From Candidatus Latescibacterota bacterium (GTDB taxonomy: Bacteria; Latescibacterota; CBDEFO01), in NCBI GenBank assembly GCA_965237525.1, contig CBDEFO010000008.1, positions 1,824,001 through 1,888,000 of the forward strand: a DNA stretch of 64,000 nt, read 5' to 3'. Position numbers and translations under genes: made by a program. Shown here one piece after another: positions 20,316-31,678 of the stretch. Below the pieces are notes generated by a model, which worked only from the letters and a program-made list of their open reading frames with translations, searched no databases and had not been told where the DNA came from. The first letter of the stretch is position 1. Each line of letters opens with the position of its first letter.

Positions 20316-21035
20316 TTATTCTTCGAGAATTTCTGAAAGGTTTCTGATGATTCGGTCAGGATGCACTTGGGTCGCATCAGGCAAACCTTTACCCGCAAAG
20401 TCCACCCAAATAGCGAAAATCCCCAGGCGCTGGGGACCCTTCACATCCCAGTCCAGATTATCCCCGATCATCCACGTATCCTCTGGCTCTACGTTGAGTC
20501 GATCCAGACTATGCACGTAAACCCGTTCATCGGGTTTGCCGACACCAAATTCATCTTCGACAAGGATGTAATCGAAGAGATTGGCCAGTCCGAACTTCTC
20601 TATCTTTCTCCGCTGTTCATCGGCGTTTCCATTTGTGATAAGCGCCAAGCGGATACCTTTTTCCCGGAGTCGGTGCAGGGCTTCGATGGCTCCGGGAAAT
20701 GGCTGGACGGTTTCCTCTCTTTTGGAGGTGTACGAGTCTGCTATTTCGTTAGCCAAAGTTCCGTCATTTATCTTCAAACGATGAAAGGCACCAGCGACGA
20801 TTTCTCGCCGCGCCATTCCTAAGTTCAGGCGCCCCCTACGATGACGTTCGGGATTCTGCCAGAACCAGGTACGGCTTTGCCTGATGGCTTCGAATAGAGC
20901 TTCGGTCTTAAGTCCTTCTACTCTAAACGCAAATTTCTCACAGATTCTTCGCCAAGTCGGCTCTGCGCACTCGGAGAACGCCAGAATTGTATCGTCCAGA
21001 TCAAATAGAATGGCTTTTGGTAGACTATTTTTCAC
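20316..21035 (-). CDS. HAD-superfamily hydrolase
   Basis: FDLDDT, LITNG, KPD, IGDNLDWDV motifs. Confidence 0.93.
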   Translation of the reverse strand: MKNSLPKAILFDLDDTILAFSECAEPTWRRICEKFAFRVEGLKTEALFEAIRQSRTWFWQNPERHRRGRLNLGMARREIVAGAFHRLKINDGTLANEIADSYTSKREETVQPFPGAIEALHRLREKGIRLALITNGNADEQRRKIEKFGLANLFDYILVEDEFGVGKPDERVYVHSLDRLNVEPEDTWMIGDNLDWDVKGPQRLGIFAIWVDFAGKGLPDATQVHPDRIIRNLSEILEE

Positions 21036-21319
21036 TTATTATCTCGACTTCAAAGAAATGTCCGAAGGATATCCTGGCTCCACCCATTATATCTAACGTC
21101 TTAGTATGTGCTAACCCAGTGCTGACTATTGGGCTTAGGAAGGCACGCGCCGTGTTTTTTGTAATCAGAGCAGCCAAATGGGAGCGGACACAGGCCTTTC
21201 TGTTCTTGTGATTGCCTCCATCCCCAAGAAGAAGACAGCTATCCAGATCCCAAAGACTCCATTCCGTTCGAGCCATTCGCGATCTAATGAGTCATTTATA
21301 TCCCCTAAACTGGATGATG

Positions 21320-22063
21320 CTATGAGCTTTTATTATTCTTCTCGGCGGCGTATGCATGTCCGGCGAAGATCGCTTTGATCTCTGCCGCCGTTTTAGCATT
21401 TTTCAATGCATTAATTCGGGGTTCTTCTTCTTCTTTCAGCGCTCGAACATTGGTAAGAACAGCCTCGAGCTTGTCGGCTGGAAACTTGCAGGCGCCATTT
21501 TCGTCCATGTGGATAATTTCACCGGGAGCAACATCCATGCCTGCCACTGTGACTGGAACATTTACCGCATGGAGGTCCATGTCCCCGTGTCCTGCCGTGA
21601 CACCGCTTAGCATATACTGAAACTTCATGGGACGTATTTCATCTATGTCCCTTGAAGGACCGTTGGATATGGCACCAACACAGCCTATGGCTTTCAACGC
21701 AGCCGTCATATTCCCACCAGACAGTCCCACCTTATCTGCGATCTCCGGTGGAAACTTCTGCTGAAAGACCAGAATGGATGGTCTCTTTGATCCTTCCAAT
21801 GCGTCGATCACATCCATAAAGGACAGGCGTGAGTAATTTGGATCGGGCAATCCATTTACACATGTTACGGCATATCCAACTGTTCTACCTAATTCGGGAT
21901 AAATACAGCGGATGGATTGGTCAGTGTACCAGTTCTCGGTCCAGGGATTGTAAAGTCCAAGACAAAGAGGGTTATGGGGATAGGTGGCGACGACGTTGGT
22001 TATTGACGGTGTATCGTGGTCTCGCAATTCCTCTAACATTTCCTGTTCGGTTAGTTTTGCCAT
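21320..22063 (-). CDS. RraA/HMG aldolase family protein
   Basis: DTPSITN, VGYAVT, GPSRDIDE, VAPGEIIHMDENG; GGAGG RBS before ATG 22063. Confidence 0.85.
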   Translation of the reverse strand: MAKLTEQEMLEELRDHDTPSITNVVATYPHNPLCLGLYNPWTENWYTDQSIRCIYPELGRTVGYAVTCVNGLPDPNYSRLSFMDVIDALEGSKRPSILVFQQKFPPEIADKVGLSGGNMTAALKAIGCVGAISNGPSRDIDEIRPMKFQYMLSGVTAGHGDMDLHAVNVPVTVAGMDVAPGEIIHMDENGACKFPADKLEAVLTNVRALKEEEEPRINALKNAKTAAEIKAIFAGHAYAAEKNNKSS

Positions 22064-22629
22064 TGGTCTCCTCCTTATAAGATTGCAGAATAAGATTGCA
22101 GAATCAAAGCCATGTCCTACCCAATGGGTACAGAAATAAGGTGGATGAGCCAAGTTGCTTCCATGGTCCCCTTTGTTTTCTCTGTTTGCCAATTCCCCGT
22201 TCACTGCCCGCCATCTGTCCTACTCCTTCGACAGGGAGAGCAGGTCCCCTCATTTTTCAGGAGGACCAGTCTCCTTTCTGCTGCCCTGGGGCGACTGCTG
22301 TATCTTCACAGCACGCAGCAGGCTAAGATATGAAAGGAAATAGTGGATGTCAATAGGAATTATGGCTGACTGCAAAAAGCTCAGAATTCAGATGCGTCTG
22401 ACGTTAGTTATCTTTATTCCATGTGCGTCTGAGGAACTTCTTACACATAATTGTCCTTCTCTTAAGGGCACTTCGTGTTCATATTAAAAGAGACAGGGGG
22501 AGAAAGTCTGTTCTGCATTAGATATCTCTATAGGTGAGCTGTTTGATACGATAAAGGCAGAATAGATCAGGGGAGAATACGAGGGTATGGAGGCGATTCG
22601 GAAGGTTTCGGAGAGTTCACCATATCCTC

Positions 22630-23398
22630 TTATACTTTTTCGGCCATCATCCATTGCATGGCGCGACGTGGCACGATTCGCTTGAAGGGGAGCTTGCCCG
22701 GTTCTGTCAAATAGCAGACTATCTCACCCGAAGTTGATGGCCGCATCATCGTCAGGTGAAGACCGTCATTCCAGGTAAATGGCCACTTGGGTGCCCCCAC
22801 CAGTACCAGGTCGCAATTAGATAGGACGTGGCCTTGCTGGATGATCGGCTGCATCGTCGTCAAAAAAGATATGTGATTTGGACCCAGGGCATGGTCGTCT
22901 GCCAGACCGAAAAGTTGTCTGATGCCGACCCGAATAGTGCGTCCCTGCCTCACAAGTTCTTTGAGTGCCTCCAGGTCTCCGAAAATGGGCTGGCCCTCGG
23001 CATCGTTTTCGTAAACCAGACTGAAGTGATCACAGACCAACAACCGATAGATGCCGTAGGGATAGGTATTGCTTTCATCAAGTACCTTATTACCGAGCAT
23101 CCACTTGACATGTGAAAAGGTTCCCGAGCTGTCGTACTTGAACAGACTGATATAGGGCTATTGCGCAATCTCGCCTCGGTGGGTGTAGGAGTGGTGATGA
23201 CTCATCAGGCCGGCAAAGTCATCGCCCTCTCCGGCATAGGTCTGTTGAAAATACAGCGTCTCCTCGTAAGTTTCTGTCGTCCATGTAGAGACGGAGGTCA
23301 GAGCCACGCCGTCCGGCGCTGGCGACTTCTATGGTACTCCCACGAGTAACAGAGAGGTCGGTCTGCTGTTCCAGTGCAAGAATCCAATCATTTCCCAT
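22630..23398 (-). pseudogene. Hypothetical protein gene with a frameshift and an in-frame TAG
   Basis: ATG 23398 after GGAGAGG; extra G near 23281; TAG at 23158-23160; then continuous into ORF 22630..23100. Confidence 0.65.
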
Positions 23399-24445
23399 TA
23401 TGCCTCTCCAGAATATGTAGATAGCAGTGGTATCTCTTGAGGTTGCTTCTGCACGCCGTGGGCGTTTTCCTGTGGAGTGGAAGTAGCAGCGCACAAAGTG
23501 TCAGCTTTAGTGAGGTGGCAGCAGGCCACAAAGTGGGCGAAGTAATCTCACTTAAACTTTCCCATCTACTATTTGCTGTCCACTATTTTGGATCTCTATA
23601 GTTACCTCCAGACTATTTCGACCTGATATTTGACTACCTTTGGACAAAATCACTTGCCTTATTATCTTTCCTTTTGTATATTGATCTTGACAAAAGTCCA
23701 ACCACTTCGCGGTTTCTTGCCGAAGCCGGGCCATTCCGCCCCTGAAGGCCGGTAGTGAACAACTTTAGAGGTTTGTTTATTGTCTGTCTGGATGCAGAAT
23801 TATCTTTTTAGTTTTAGGAGAACAAAATGAAGACCAACCACTCCGTGGTCTCTTGCCGACGCCCTGCCCATTTTCCCACGCTCTTTTTCGTAGCTATCCT
23901 GCTTATCGCGCCATGCTTAGTCCGTGCGTCCTACGGATTTGATGATAAGGCATTGCAAGAAGCGGACGGTAGTATCCTCAGGTACAGCTCCGCCTGGCTC
24001 TCGTCCTTTTCTCAGTGGCCTGGTTCCATTAACAAAATAGGGGAAATGGGGAGCCTACGCGCTTCTCCTTTTCATCCTTATCGTCACAAGGCAGGATTCG
24101 GGTTGCACTTGCTCAGAATGAGGCGACTTCTGTGTTTACACCAGAAATAGAACTGAACCCCGATGAAAAGATCACAGACTACACAATTATTCAGGGGGAA
24201 GGAGAATCCGTTATCAGACCCTCCGAAGACATGAAGTTGGTGGCCAAATTCACTCCTAGAACTGAGGGCAATATAGAAGATAGATTGGTGATCCTGTCCA
24301 ACGACCCGAAGCGAGAATCGATCCAGATCACACTCATAGGCAAAGGCTTGAATCTTGAAAGACAACGGGCAACCTATCTTGGCGACTATGGGTTAAAGAC
24401 CGATCGCTATAGACCCAATTACGGTGACCACTACTGGCAGTCTAA

Positions 24446-25964
24446 AAGCCTTGTGAAATAGTTATGTCCCAGGCAGCGTCTGAAGCGCCGATTATGGGTC
24501 AAAGAGTAGCATATCGTATCGTTTTGCTGTGGAATAAGCAAAATAGTCTTATCAGAGTTCTGGTCAGCAAGGAACAGGAGCTGTTTGAAGAACAGGATGC
24601 ACTGTCTTTGACAGACAGGGCACACATAGACGCTTTCCCCCTTCTTATGAAAGATACAAGCCTCTTGAGATTCTGTACTGTTGCAACAAGATTCAACTGT
24701 TCATTCAGTGAGGCTGGTCCTCTATAACGGGCTCGTCCCATACCGTGTTGTTGCCTGGCTTCAGCAAAGATATGTTCACTGCGTTTACGGAGTCTCCGGG
24801 AGAGTTTGTAGTCAGCTGTTAATGAGATAGACCGTGCATGATTTCTGGCTTTCGCCTCTCGCACTTTTCTATCCCGTTCGGCCTGAATATGTGCTGGATT
24901 TGTCTTGTTTTTCCATGTAGGAATCGGTTCAATCTTCTCATCGGCTCGCAGAGGAATATGGGGTATGATTCCCCGGTCAAGTACATCAGCGATAAAATTA
25001 CCAGAACCGTAACCGGTATCGGCACTAAGTGTCTGAATGTCTTTGGGCATGGTGTATGTTTCAAGGTCATCTACCATCTTAAGGGCACTTTCGGGCTCTG
25101 CTGTCCCTGTCGCCTGCGTGCCCTGAGTCTCAAGGATTACTCTGCTTTTTGTGTCGATCAGATCATGGCCCATAAACGAGAGAAAAGCCCCTTTGCCCTT
25201 CGATTTGCTGTATAAGCGCGCGTCGGGGTCTGTAGTCGAACGGTGTGTTTGGTTCGTCCACTTTTCACCATGAAAGTCTTTATCCTGAGGATGCCCGGAC
25301 CTACCCTTTGTCTTATCACCTTCAAAACCGATTCCCTTGAGATAATCATCAAGAGAAAAAGGGGGTTCTATCGGCTCAATACTTTTCACTGAAGCATCAG
25401 CTTGTATCTGAGTGCCGTCGACACTAAGGTGTTTACCGCTCACAAGACCGACATCTATGCAACACTGGACTACCTGACGCATTATCCGTTCAAACAACCC
25501 ACTGGATGCCCACTTGTGATTGCGAAGCTTGTTGATCGTGCTCCTATCCGGAACCGCATCATCAAATGTCTGATGACAAAACAACCGATATGCCGCATGC
25601 ATCCCCACTTCCTGACAGAGCCGATTCTCACTCAAATTATACAGATAGCCAATAAGGATCATTCGAACAACTAATTCAGGATCAATACCGGGTCTGCCAT
25701 TGTCAGGGCAATAACAATCTGATACAACGTCTCGTACAAATGAAAAATCAACTGCCTCATCAATCTGACGAAGGATATGATCCTCGGGAACTAAATCCTC
25801 CATCTGAAAATAGTGAAACATCGGATTTGTCTGTTCCTGCTTTTGTGGGGTCATTGTTTCCTCCATGTATAATATTATCAATAACATAATATAATACATC
25901 GGAGCTGCTTTATCAATGCTTGTTCTATACTACTTTCTGAATCTAAGGGTTTTTCACAAGGCTT
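24446..25964 (-). mobile_element. IS1182-family insertion sequence, copy 1
   Basis: Terminal inverted repeats AAGCCTTGTGAAA/TTTCACAAGGCTT; 4-bp target duplication CTAA. Confidence 0.92.
24499..25854 (-). CDS. IS1182-family DDE transposase (intact)
   Basis: LVPEDHILR, GRPGIDP, VDGTQIQADAS, ADTGYG, RKRSEHIFAEAR..HGMGRARYRG. Confidence 0.92.
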   Translation of the reverse strand: MTPQKQEQTNPMFHYFQMEDLVPEDHILRQIDEAVDFSFVRDVVSDCYCPDNGRPGIDPELVVRMILIGYLYNLSENRLCQEVGMHAAYRLFCHQTFDDAVPDRSTINKLRNHKWASSGLFERIMRQVVQCCIDVGLVSGKHLSVDGTQIQADASVKSIEPIEPPFSLDDYLKGIGFEGDKTKGRSGHPQDKDFHGEKWTNQTHRSTTDPDARLYSKSKGKGAFLSFMGHDLIDTKSRVILETQGTQATGTAEPESALKMVDDLETYTMPKDIQTLSADTGYGSGNFIADVLDRGIIPHIPLRADEKIEPIPTWKNKTNPAHIQAERDRKVREAKARNHARSISLTADYKLSRRLRKRSEHIFAEARQQHGMGRARYRGPASLNEQLNLVATVQNLKRLVSFIRRGKASMCALSVKDSASCSSNSSCSLLTRTLIRLFCLFHSKTIRYATL

Positions 25965-26209
25965 CTAAGAAGGAGATAGTCTTTAAGGCGATCTTTGTCA
26001 CAGTAAGCACAGCCGCGGTAGCTTCAGCTATAGCCTTGATCGCGCAGTAATTATGAATTGTCTCTAAGGTTGCACTAAGAACTCGCTATGGGCAGCGTGG
26101 CCACTGCGTGCGCTGTGGCTACCCGTTTTTCCAGGGGGCACGAATGGCAGCAAGCCCCCGATAGATTCACTCGGGGGCTTGCCACGAAGTGTTCTGTGGT
26201 GGACGATAC

Positions 26210-27574
26210 TTAGATTTCTGTGTGCTCCTCCGGGTCTTCTGAAGCAGTTGTTCCCTCCTTAATCTTATCTTTGTCGATTTTAGTGATTTTCACTTTCGAT
26301 ATTCTTTGACCTTCCAACTCCTCGATCCACATTTTGAGCCCGTTAAACTCGAAACTTTCACTTTCATCGGGGATATGTCCAAGATAATCGTAGATGAACC
26401 CTCCCAGTGTCCCAAAGCTGTCTGACGGTATCTCAGAGTTTAAAGTCTCATTCAGGTTGTGTATGTTTATCTTAGCATCCACTATCCAGGACGATCTTTT
26501 CTCATCCCAAAAAATTAAGCCCTTCTCCTCATCGTATTCGTCCTCTATCTCCCCAACTATCTCCTCCAGGAGGTCCTCGAGAGTCACCAATCCCGCCACA
26601 CCGCCGTACTCGTCCACTACGATAGCCATATGCCTCTTTTCCCGCTTGAAATCTCTCAAAAGCTCATCTATCTTCTTATTTTCTGGTACATAATAGGCCT
26701 CCCGGATCAAACTGCTCTCTCCCTTCTCCTTAATGAACTCTTCTAAAGTGTCATCAGTACTCCAATCCTTCGAACTTCCCAAAGCGTACAAGAGGTCCTT
26801 AGCGTACACCACTCCTTCTACATTATCCACCTTCTCTCTGTAGACAGGAACTCTGGAATGTCCACCCTGCTTGATCATCACCAATAACTCTCCCAAGCTT
26901 AAAGAGCACTCCGCAGCGACCATATCTACCCTCGGCACCATTACCCCCTTGACCGTAGTGTCGTAGAACTCAAATATGCCCTCAATCATCTCCTTTTCAT
27001 CCTCCTCGATCACACCCTCTTCACTTTCTGTCTCCACTATAGTCCTTAACTCTTCCTCCTTTGCGGCCTTATAGTCCACTTCATCCGACAGCAAACCTAA
27101 CAACCTGCTCAGAGCACGCGCGAAAGGGGCAAAGGCAAAGTGAAATAGATAAAAATAGAACCGAAACTTGGGAGCATCTCGGTTTTCGTTATCGTCCTTC
27201 CTGAGGCGATAGGGGATGTTCTCACACAGGACCAGAAAAAGTCCCGCCAGAACTATTCCCCATATAATACCGTAATTTCCGGAAAAATCCATAGCCAGAA
27301 GGACTGTTGAAGTCACAGCCACAGTACCGAGCAAAGTCCGGGCTATCCTTACTGTAAGTCCGAGCTTGTCCCTTGGCTGATAAACTCTTAACATCCTTCG
27401 AGCTCCCACCAAGCCTTCCTCATCCATCCTTAACAAGGAAGACCGCGAAACAGAAGAAATCGCGGCTTCCATCTTAGATAACAGTATGGTCATCAGAAAC
27501 GAAATGACCGCCACAATCGCTTTTAATACGATCCATCCCTGTGTGTTGTTTACTCCAAACGACGACTCGTCCAA
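26210..27574 (-). CDS. HlyC/CorC family (CNNM-CBS-CorC) protein
   Basis: VMVPRVDM, GHSRVPVY, HMAIVVDEYGGVAGLVTLEDLLEEIVGEIEDEYD. Confidence 0.93.
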   Translation of the reverse strand: MDESSFGVNNTQGWIVLKAIVAVISFLMTILLSKMEAAISSVSRSSLLRMDEEGLVGARRMLRVYQPRDKLGLTVRIARTLLGTVAVTSTVLLAMDFSGNYGIIWGIVLAGLFLVLCENIPYRLRKDDNENRDAPKFRFYFYLFHFAFAPFARALSRLLGLLSDEVDYKAAKEEELRTIVETESEEGVIEEDEKEMIEGIFEFYDTTVKGVMVPRVDMVAAECSLSLGELLVMIKQGGHSRVPVYREKVDNVEGVVYAKDLLYALGSSKDWSTDDTLEEFIKEKGESSLIREAYYVPENKKIDELLRDFKREKRHMAIVVDEYGGVAGLVTLEDLLEEIVGEIEDEYDEEKGLIFWDEKRSSWIVDAKINIHNLNETLNSEIPSDSFGTLGGFIYDYLGHIPDESESFEFNGLKMWIEELEGQRISKVKITKIDKDKIKEGTTASEDPEEHTEI

Positions 27575-27639
27575 AGATAAAAACCCCTTTCGAGTTTAAA
27601 GGAAAAAGATCAGATCTCCTGATTCCTTATTTTCTGATC

Positions 27640-28110
27640 TTAACTACTTACCTTCCGGGAACTTGACAAAGATGAAAATTGCTTTAGGTACCTTTCCACG
27701 CTCTCCGTCATCATCATCTTCTCCGCCTCGTCTTTGTGATCCATTCCTGTAAGGTGCAAAATGCCGTGAGCCAAGAGTCGCACCACCTCCTCCTCTAAAG
27801 GTACTCCGGCCTTGAAAGCTTGTTCCTTTGCTCTTTCTATCGATATGTAGACCTCCCCTTGGACATCGTCGGAAAAATCCGAGGCGTCGAAGTCATCTTC
27901 GAGGTGGAAGGACAATACATCAGTCGGGGAATCTATCGAGCGATACCGACGATTTAAGTGGTGAATAAACTTATCGTTGGAGATCACGACACTGATTGTC
28001 CCCTTTTCTTTGCCTTTGTCCTTTATGATCCGCTCCGAAAGTAGCTTGAACTTATACTCATCCCACCATGTGGGTCTGTCTGTTTCTTCAAAAAAAAACT
28101 TCACACTCAT
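27640..28110 (-). CDS. ybeY: rRNA maturation endoribonuclease YbeY
   Basis: LNRRYR..PTDVLSF, HGILHLTGMDH. Confidence 0.95.
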   Translation of the reverse strand: MSVKFFFEETDRPTWWDEYKFKLLSERIIKDKGKEKGTISVVISNDKFIHHLNRRYRSIDSPTDVLSFHLEDDFDASDFSDDVQGEVYISIERAKEQAFKAGVPLEEEVVRLLAHGILHLTGMDHKDEAEKMMMTESVERYLKQFSSLSSSRKVSS

Positions 28111-28123
28111 CTCTTAGACCCTC

Positions 28124-30376
28124 TCAGGCACTAGCTTTCTTGGGATACTCGATCCGCTCATGCAGGGCTCCTGCAAGGATGTGCATAAAGCCTCCCTCTA
28201 TCGCCGTTAGATCTTTTAGCGTCAGATCGCACTCATCCAATTCGGATTCTGAGAATCTCTCCTTTATAGTATCTCTGACCACTCCCTTGACTCTGCCCGG
28301 CGCTTTGTCCTTTAATACCCTTGTAGTCGCCTCGATTGCATCTGCCAACATGATGATACCCGCCACTTTTGTCTGCGGTCTTGGTCCTTCGTACCTGAAA
28401 TCCTGGGCACTTACGTCATCTTTGCCTTCTCTTTGGATCGCCCGGTCGTAAAAATAAACCGCAAGGGTCATCCCGTGATGCTGTAGGATTATGTCTATTA
28501 TGGCTTTGGGGAGGCCATTCTCCTCGGCCATCTCCTGACCGTCCTTCACGTGAGAGACTATGATAAGAGCGCTCATCGAAGGAGACAGCTTATCGTGAGG
28601 ATTCCTCATTCCCACCTGATTTTCTATAAAGTACTCAGAGTTCTTCATTTTCCCTATATCGTGGTAGTAACAACCTACCCTGGCCAGTAGAGGATTTTCC
28701 CCAATTGCCTCCGACGCTGCCTCGGAGAGATTGGCCATAATTACGCTGTGAGTGTACGTCCCCGGAGCCCTCAACGCCAACTCTCTTAGAAGGGGTCGGT
28801 TCAGATCCGAAAGTTCCAAAAGCGTAATATCCGTCGTTATGTTGAATATGCTCTCAAAGATAGGCAGTAGACCCATAGCCAAGACAGGTGAAAAGAACCC
28901 CACCAGTGCCCCCGGCAGAATATCTTCTAAGATCCTCTCTGAGGGCCCAAACCTTAAAACATCCGTTGCGGCTATCGTCGCCCCATAGATCAGCACCAGA
29001 TAGATTATAGACCGATAGAAACTCTGCCTGTGTCTGACGTTCCTCACCGAATAGGCAGCTACTCCCCCAGAAAGCGCAAATACGAACGTTGCCTGAAGAT
29101 CGTAATTTAAAATGATCCCCGATAGAAGAGAGATCGCAAACGTAAAGACCAGTCCCACTTCCGCATCGAACAAAATAGTGGCCAGCATAGCAGAAAGAGC
29201 CACTGGCACTAAAAACTGCGCATTTATCTGAATTGGGCCATAAAACGGCAAACTCCATGTAATTTCTGGAGTCGACGCTGCCCACGAAGCTATAAGCACC
29301 GGAAACACAAGCACTATGGTCAAAAGGAGAAGATGCGAGACTTTATCGTATATAGACCTTCTGAACATGTAAAGATAGATCAAAAACAAAAATATAATGA
29401 GCGAGCATACTATCCCTTTTGCTCCGATTGTGAGCGTCCTTTTCCAGGGGTACTCCGCCTGCGTCAGTGATAGCTTCTTTTGCATGGAGTTCAAAACGTC
29501 CACGTGATCAGATGTAACTTTTTCGTTGGCATCTATTATCACCTGTTTTTTTATGTACTGATCCTTTACGGGAGCCACACCACCCGCAGCTTCGTTTCTC
29601 CTTCTTTCTGTTTCATCTTTGTTGAACTTAATATTTTCAGTAATCAATGAGCTTGTCAGTGCCACACACATATTTGCTGTTTCCTTATTTTCTATCCTGT
29701 TTTCCACGATCTCCTTTATGTCCTCTCGCACCTTTGTTATATCCTTAAGCTCATCGGCCGGAAGCATCTGCTCTTTACCGCCCTTGAAGAGAGAAATCCT
29801 CCTTTTTGACTCGGGGAAGACCTGACTTTCCACAACTTTCTTATCGCGCACAATGCCCACACTGTAGTTGTCCTTTAAGACCTCCCTGCACACCTTTTTA
29901 ATCGCATCCGTCTCTCTTGAGCTTAACAAAAAGCCTATCACATCCTTCGGAATTATCGGATGTTTGTTCCAGAGCTGATCTATCTTCTCTGCGAAAATAG
30001 TCTCTTCTTCTTTTATCCTTTGCACATCTTTAAACAGAGAATCCAAAGCCCCGATTTGCCTTTTTCCCATCTCCTCATCAAAATAGAAGACAGGGGCCAC
30101 AGCCCTTTGCTCCTTTCTTTTGTCCTCCTCGTATTCCTTATCGTTCTTAAACACGCGAAAATCGAAGGGAGCTACGATCTTTTCCGCAGCTATCCTCCCC
30201 TCCTCCAACTCGTGAGTCTTCCTCTGAGGAAAGGAGGCCGTCAAAACCACGATCTGAGCCCCTATCAAAAGCCATCTCAAGATCCTGCTTCTGGCTTTGT
30301 GTTCCCTGCTCTGATGCCTCAACACACCCGAAGGACTTTTCCGAAATATCCTTGAGAGTCTTCTTGTGAGGTCCAC
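28124..30376 (-). CDS. 7TM-HD (HDIG) phosphohydrolase, PgpH-like
   Basis: APGTYTHS, YYHDIGK, QHHG, MLADAIEA; extracellular domain plus TM bundle; phoH-ybeY context. Confidence 0.92.
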   Translation of the reverse strand: MDLTRRLSRIFRKSPSGVLRHQSREHKARSRILRWLLIGAQIVVLTASFPQRKTHELEEGRIAAEKIVAPFDFRVFKNDKEYEEDKRKEQRAVAPVFYFDEEMGKRQIGALDSLFKDVQRIKEEETIFAEKIDQLWNKHPIIPKDVIGFLLSSRETDAIKKVCREVLKDNYSVGIVRDKKVVESQVFPESKRRISLFKGGKEQMLPADELKDITKVREDIKEIVENRIENKETANMCVALTSSLITENIKFNKDETERRRNEAAGGVAPVKDQYIKKQVIIDANEKVTSDHVDVLNSMQKKLSLTQAEYPWKRTLTIGAKGIVCSLIIFLFLIYLYMFRRSIYDKVSHLLLLTIVLVFPVLIASWAASTPEITWSLPFYGPIQINAQFLVPVALSAMLATILFDAEVGLVFTFAISLLSGIILNYDLQATFVFALSGGVAAYSVRNVRHRQSFYRSIIYLVLIYGATIAATDVLRFGPSERILEDILPGALVGFFSPVLAMGLLPIFESIFNITTDITLLELSDLNRPLLRELALRAPGTYTHSVIMANLSEAASEAIGENPLLARVGCYYHDIGKMKNSEYFIENQVGMRNPHDKLSPSMSALIIVSHVKDGQEMAEENGLPKAIIDIILQHHGMTLAVYFYDRAIQREGKDDVSAQDFRYEGPRPQTKVAGIIMLADAIEATTRVLKDKAPGRVKGVVRDTIKERFSESELDECDLTLKDLTAIEGGFMHILAGALHERIEYPKKASA

Positions 30377-30382
30377 GTCTTT

Positions 30383-31348
30383 TTATTCCCCGTTTTCTCG
30401 CTCGTAAAGATCGTATGCCTTTATTATTTCCCCAACCAGGCGATGCCGCACAACGTCCCTTTCTGTCAGGAACACGAACTTGATCCGCTCTATGCCCTTG
30501 AGGACATCTCTTGTCTGCACAAGTCCCGAAGTGCTCTCAAAAGGCAGATCCACCTGAGTTATATCTCCTGTTACCACAGCTTTGGAATTTACGCCCAATC
30601 TGGTCAGAAACATCTTCATCTGCAAAGGTGTGGTGTTTTGAGCCTCGTCCAGGATTACATAGGCTCCGCTTAGAGTCCTTCCCCTCATATAAGCAAGTGG
30701 GACTATCTCTATTATTCTCGTATCCTGAAGTCGTTTGAGCTTATCAGGTTCTATCATATCGTGAAGAGCGTCATAAAGGGGCCTTAAAAAAGGGTCTACC
30801 TTCTCCTGCATATCCCCGGGAAGAAAACCCAGCCTTTCTCCAGCTTCGACTGCGGGTCTAGCCAGTATAATCCGTGAGACATCTTTCCTTTTGAAAGCGG
30901 CAACGGCCATAGCGACTGCAAGATATGTCTTTCCCGTTCCCGCAGGTCCAATCCCGAACACTATGTCGTACTCCTCAATAGCTGACACGTAAAGATACTG
31001 TCCCAAAGTCTTAGGACGGACCTGGACCCTCTTAGCTGAGAGAATCACCTTCTGTGACAGAACGTCAGAGACGTCCTTTCCCTTATCCTTTATCTGGTCC
31101 AATACCTCCACCAATGGCCTTCCCCTGTCGTCACTTCCGGCTCTTACAAGTTCAGCCAGATCTCTCAAGAGCCGAACCGCACCCTTAACGTCTTCTTCGT
31201 CCCCCTGAATCGTAACGTCTTGGCCCCTTGCCACTATCTTGACGTTGTATTTACTCTCTATAGAAAAGAGATTCGAATCGTTGTGACCGTAAAAAAGGAG
31301 AGGGTCCACGCCTTCCACTGATATTTTCTTTGAAACGCTGTCGCTCAA
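30383..31348 (-). CDS. phoH: PhoH-like ATPase
   Basis: GPAGTGKT, RPAVEAGERLGFLPGD, AYMRGRTL, DEAQN, VVRHRLV. Confidence 0.95.
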   Translation of the reverse strand: MSDSVSKKISVEGVDPLLFYGHNDSNLFSIESKYNVKIVARGQDVTIQGDEEDVKGAVRLLRDLAELVRAGSDDRGRPLVEVLDQIKDKGKDVSDVLSQKVILSAKRVQVRPKTLGQYLYVSAIEEYDIVFGIGPAGTGKTYLAVAMAVAAFKRKDVSRIILARPAVEAGERLGFLPGDMQEKVDPFLRPLYDALHDMIEPDKLKRLQDTRIIEIVPLAYMRGRTLSGAYVILDEAQNTTPLQMKMFLTRLGVNSKAVVTGDITQVDLPFESTSGLVQTRDVLKGIERIKFVFLTERDVVRHRLVGEIIKAYDLYERENGE

Positions 31349-31572
31349 TCTTTAGAACCTCCCTCCATCAAACAAGAAAAGCCCCCACTTTCGGGCAGTA
31401 GCCGGAGACGAGAGCTTTTTAGCAACCAAACTGTTCAGATCCGAAAAATTTTAATCTTGTCGAGGAAACGGATATCGTTCATCCAGGGACGAAAGCAAAG
31501 ATTTAAAGATAAACGTAAGATAAAATCACGCCGTCCTTTAAAATTAAAAAACAATCCATAGTTTCAGGCATA

Positions 31573-31601
31573 ATATTAACATATATATAAGGCAATGTCA
31601 A
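31573..31601 (-). promoter_or_regulatory. sigma70 promoter for the phoH operon
   Basis: Minus strand TTGACA-17bp-TAATAT. Confidence 0.6.
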
Positions 31602-31678
31602 GAGAAAAATAGACTAAGCTGTGTGATAGGGCGTACTGGCGAGCTTTTCGGGGTAAAATCGTCCGCATCACCGATTTA

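Larger units (their letters stand above)
23827..26050 (+). pseudogene. Secreted Ig-like (ASH-type) domain protein with C-terminal TM helix, frameshifted and split by IS1182
   Basis: KFTPRTEG..LVILSNDP..ITLIGKG; removing the IS and one CTAA copy restores YWQSKKEIVFKAIFVTVSTAAVASAIALIAQ-stop. Confidence 0.6.

Noticed and set aside
23158..23160. Pyrrolysine or stop read-through at the in-frame TAG (and at the TAA at 6089-6091)
   Set aside because: The TAG gene also has a frameshift, no pyl genes are visible, TAG ends many normal genes here, and TAA is not a known recoding codon in bacteria.
20040..23560. Integron-like cassette array with attC sites between minus-strand genes
   Set aside because: Only isolated GTTAG/CTAAC boxes; no complete paired attC structure and no integrase.
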